Positions 61,899 through 64,000 of a stretch of DNA of 64,000 nt are shown piece after piece. The position numbers were made by a program, and so were the translations under genes. This DNA is from an uncultured Desulfurococcaceae archaeon (lineage in GTDB: Archaea > Thermoproteota > Thermoprotei_A > Sulfolobales > NBVN01): NCBI GenBank assembly GCA_964592745.1, contig CAZQFL010000003.1, positions 5,450-69,449 of the forward strand, in the 5' to 3' direction. The notes beneath the pieces were generated by a model. The model worked only from the letters and a program-made list of their open reading frames with translations. It had not been told where the DNA came from and did not search any database. Position 1 is the first letter of the stretch; every line of letters begins with the position of its first letter.

Positions 61899-62843
61899 GT
61901 GTCTGTAATGAAATCCCTAAGAGGTCGTGATTTAATATCAATAGCTGATTTAACTAGTGAGGAGTTAAGATTCATTCTACATACGGCAGCTAATTTTAAG
62001 GAGAGATACTATGGCGGTGAAAGAGTAATTCCAGTATTAAGAGGGAAGACACTATTAATGATATTCCAGAAGCCGAGTACACGAACAAGGATAAGCTTTG
62101 AGGTTGCTATGAGGCAGTTAGGTGGCGATGTAATATCATTGACATGGCAAGAGATGCAGTTGGCAAGAGGGGAGACAATAGCTGATACAGCTAGAGTAAT
62201 TAGCAGGTACGTAGATGGTGTGGCTGCCAGAGTATATAAGCATGAGGATCTCATAGAATTAGCTAAGTATGCTACAATACCCGTGATAAATGCATTAAGT
62301 GATAAAGAACACCCGTGTCAAGCCATAGGCGACATGCTTACTATATGGGAGAAGAAGGGTAGATACTCAGGATTAACAATAGCATTCCTAGGTGATGGTT
62401 CAGACAATGTATTACACTCCTTACTCTTAGCAAGTGTTAAACTAGGTAATAACTTTAGAATAGCTACAGCAAAAGGCTACGACCCTGACCCCAAGATCTT
62501 CAAGTTAGCTCTGGAGGAAGCACAAAGGAATGATGTATCAATAGAGATTTATAGAGAGCCTGAAGACGCTGTTAAAGGTGTTGATGTTGTATATACTGAT
62601 GTATGGGTTAGTATGGGACAAGAGGCAGAGGCTGAGAAAAGAATTAAGGATTTGAGTAAGTACAGAGTTACTACTGATTTAATGAAACTAGCCAAGCCTG
62701 ACGTAATATTCATGCATTGCTTACCAGCCCATAGAGGTTATGAAGTTGTTGATGAAGTAATCGACGGTCCCTGGTCAGTTGTATGGGATCAAGCTGAAAA
62801 TAGACTACATGCACAGAAAGCTATATTAGCGCTTCTTCTTTAA
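61899..62843 (+). CDS. argF: Ornithine carbamoyltransferase
   Basis: STRTR, HPCQ, DVWVSMG, HCLP and QAENRLH. Confidence 0.96.
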   Translation: MSVMKSLRGRDLISIADLTSEELRFILHTAANFKERYYGGERVIPVLRGKTLLMIFQKPSTRTRISFEVAMRQLGGDVISLTWQEMQLARGETIADTARVISRYVDGVAARVYKHEDLIELAKYATIPVINALSDKEHPCQAIGDMLTIWEKKGRYSGLTIAFLGDGSDNVLHSLLLASVKLGNNFRIATAKGYDPDPKIFKLALEEAQRNDVSIEIYREPEDAVKGVDVVYTDVWVSMGQEAEAEKRIKDLSKYRVTTDLMKLAKPDVIFMHCLPAHRGYEVVDEVIDGPWSVVWDQAENRLHAQKAILALLL

Positions 62844-63410
62844 CTTACGTCTTCTTTTTCTCTTGCGTTTCCTAGTTTGTCCTACCTTAGCTTCCTCTTT
62901 ACCTCTCCCAAGAATTATTACTCTATCACCTAATTCTGTAACTACTTTTATAGCATCAACCTCATTACTTAGTAACTTAACTGATGTATTTACTATGTAG
63001 TATTCACCGTTTATCTTAAACTCCTTAACTTTCCATAATTCATTACTTATTATTATATTCTCATCAATATCGATATCGCTTTTTGATTGCTTACGTAGTA
63101 AATGTATTTCATAAACTCTTACAGGTATGGGAAACAGGGTTATGTTGAAACTTTTACCAACAAGTAGCGCCCCTATCTCCTCATAATCCTCGCTACATTT
63201 ACTACCAGAGCATTTCAGTAATAAATAATGACATTCCCTTCCGTAAATGTGCTTCTTAACCGTTTCGTATATTTTATCATCACTTAGGTGTGGATCTACC
63301 TTTCTAGCTGTTATCTTTTCTGACCATGCTTTTCTATACATAACTAACTCTATATAGTCACCTAACTTGACCCATTCACTGTTAAAGCATATTATTTCAT
63401 ATCTTGACAC
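62826..63410 (-). CDS. Hypothetical protein with basic C-terminal tail
   Basis: 194-aa ORF ending RKRKRKRRRKLKKKR; GGTG RBS. Confidence 0.65.
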   Translation of the reverse strand: MSRYEIICFNSEWVKLGDYIELVMYRKAWSEKITARKVDPHLSDDKIYETVKKHIYGRECHYLLLKCSGSKCSEDYEEIGALLVGKSFNITLFPIPVRVYEIHLLRKQSKSDIDIDENIIISNELWKVKEFKINGEYYIVNTSVKLLSNEVDAIKVVTELGDRVIILGRGKEEAKVGQTRKRKRKRRRKLKKKR

Positions 63411-63432
63411 GTTATCTGCACCGTTAAGTCAT

Positions 63433-63927
63433 TTACCTCTTATACCCTACCTTTCTTAGGAATTCCTTCCTTTCCTTAATATCTTCCTCTTTCTCTACAC
63501 CTAATGGCGTGAAACCATCAACAACGCCTAAGACTGATCTGCCCTGATTAGTCTCAGCAACAATGACTTGTACAGGATTAGCTGTAGCTGTATAAATCCT
63601 TGTAATCTCTTGAACATTCTTTAATGCGTTAAGCACATTTATTGGCCATGCATTCTTAATATATATCACTAGTGTATGGCCTGCACCTATCTTTAATGCC
63701 ACATCTATTGCGAGTTTCTTTAGTTCTTCATCATTACCTTCAAATCTTATGAGACGTTTACCGCTAGCTTCAACGAAAGCTATGCCGAACTTAATGTTAG
63801 GTACCGATGTGATTAGTGCTTCATAGACATCTTCAACAGTTTTAATGAAGTGTGAGTGAGCTAATATTACATTGGTATTTTCAGGTATAGGTACATCAAT
63901 AACTTCAATCCTCTTTAGTTCACCCAT
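63433..63927 (-). CDS. Adenosine-specific kinase family protein (DUF355)
   Basis: [30 protein letters not shown] and GVVDG. Confidence 0.9.
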   Translation of the reverse strand: MGELKRIEVIDVPIPENTNVILAHSHFIKTVEDVYEALITSVPNIKFGIAFVEASGKRLIRFEGNDEELKKLAIDVALKIGAGHTLVIYIKNAWPINVLNALKNVQEITRIYTATANPVQVIVAETNQGRSVLGVVDGFTPLGVEKEEDIKERKEFLRKVGYKR

Positions 63928-64000
63928 TCTACGTCACCTCTTAACATTATAGTTAAGTAGTTTTAGAGCTTACTCTCAATCTTCTTAGTTATAACTTTTT

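Noticed and set aside
1528-62254. Numerous short ORFs in the track antisense to longer genes (e.g. 4169-4702, 21427-21804, 33607-34155, 42780-43166, 49377-49778)
   Set aside because: They are shadow frames lying opposite well-supported genes, rich in Ser/Leu/Ile/Phe, with no motifs or RBS.
1-64000. CRISPR arrays, rRNA genes, IS elements, proviruses and defence systems
   Set aside because: By eye there are no regularly spaced repeats, no long GC-rich RNA genes and no transposase, integrase, cas or restriction genes.

Overview
64 kb of low-GC (roughly 35% by eye) archaeal core chromosome, most consistent with Thermoproteota/Desulfurococcales: two PCNA paralogues, Rpo13, TFE-beta, TFB3, GatDE, an intron-containing tRNA and GGTG ribosome-binding sites. 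It is gene-dense housekeeping DNA. It holds a complete A1Ao ATP synthase gene set split into two divergent units, the glycine cleavage system, genes for box C/D and H/ACA RNP proteins, a tRNA-maturation cluster, and replication, transcription and translation genes. I saw no CRISPR array, rRNA, integrase or transposase. The only mobile element is a 540-aa LAGLIDADG intein in the Walker A motif of AtpA. Signals missing from the ORF track are tRNA-Pro(GGG) with an 18-nt intron, two clear and one weaker box C/D guide RNAs (one predicted to 2'-O-methylate C34 of tRNA-Val(CAC)), and a cluster of AGTATTA(CT) boxes with nested palindromes upstream of a Zn-ribbon gene. A multi-pass membrane HerA/VirB4 (CedB-like) ATPase lies head-to-head with an Lhr helicase. 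All family assignments come from motif recognition by eye; no database searches were run.
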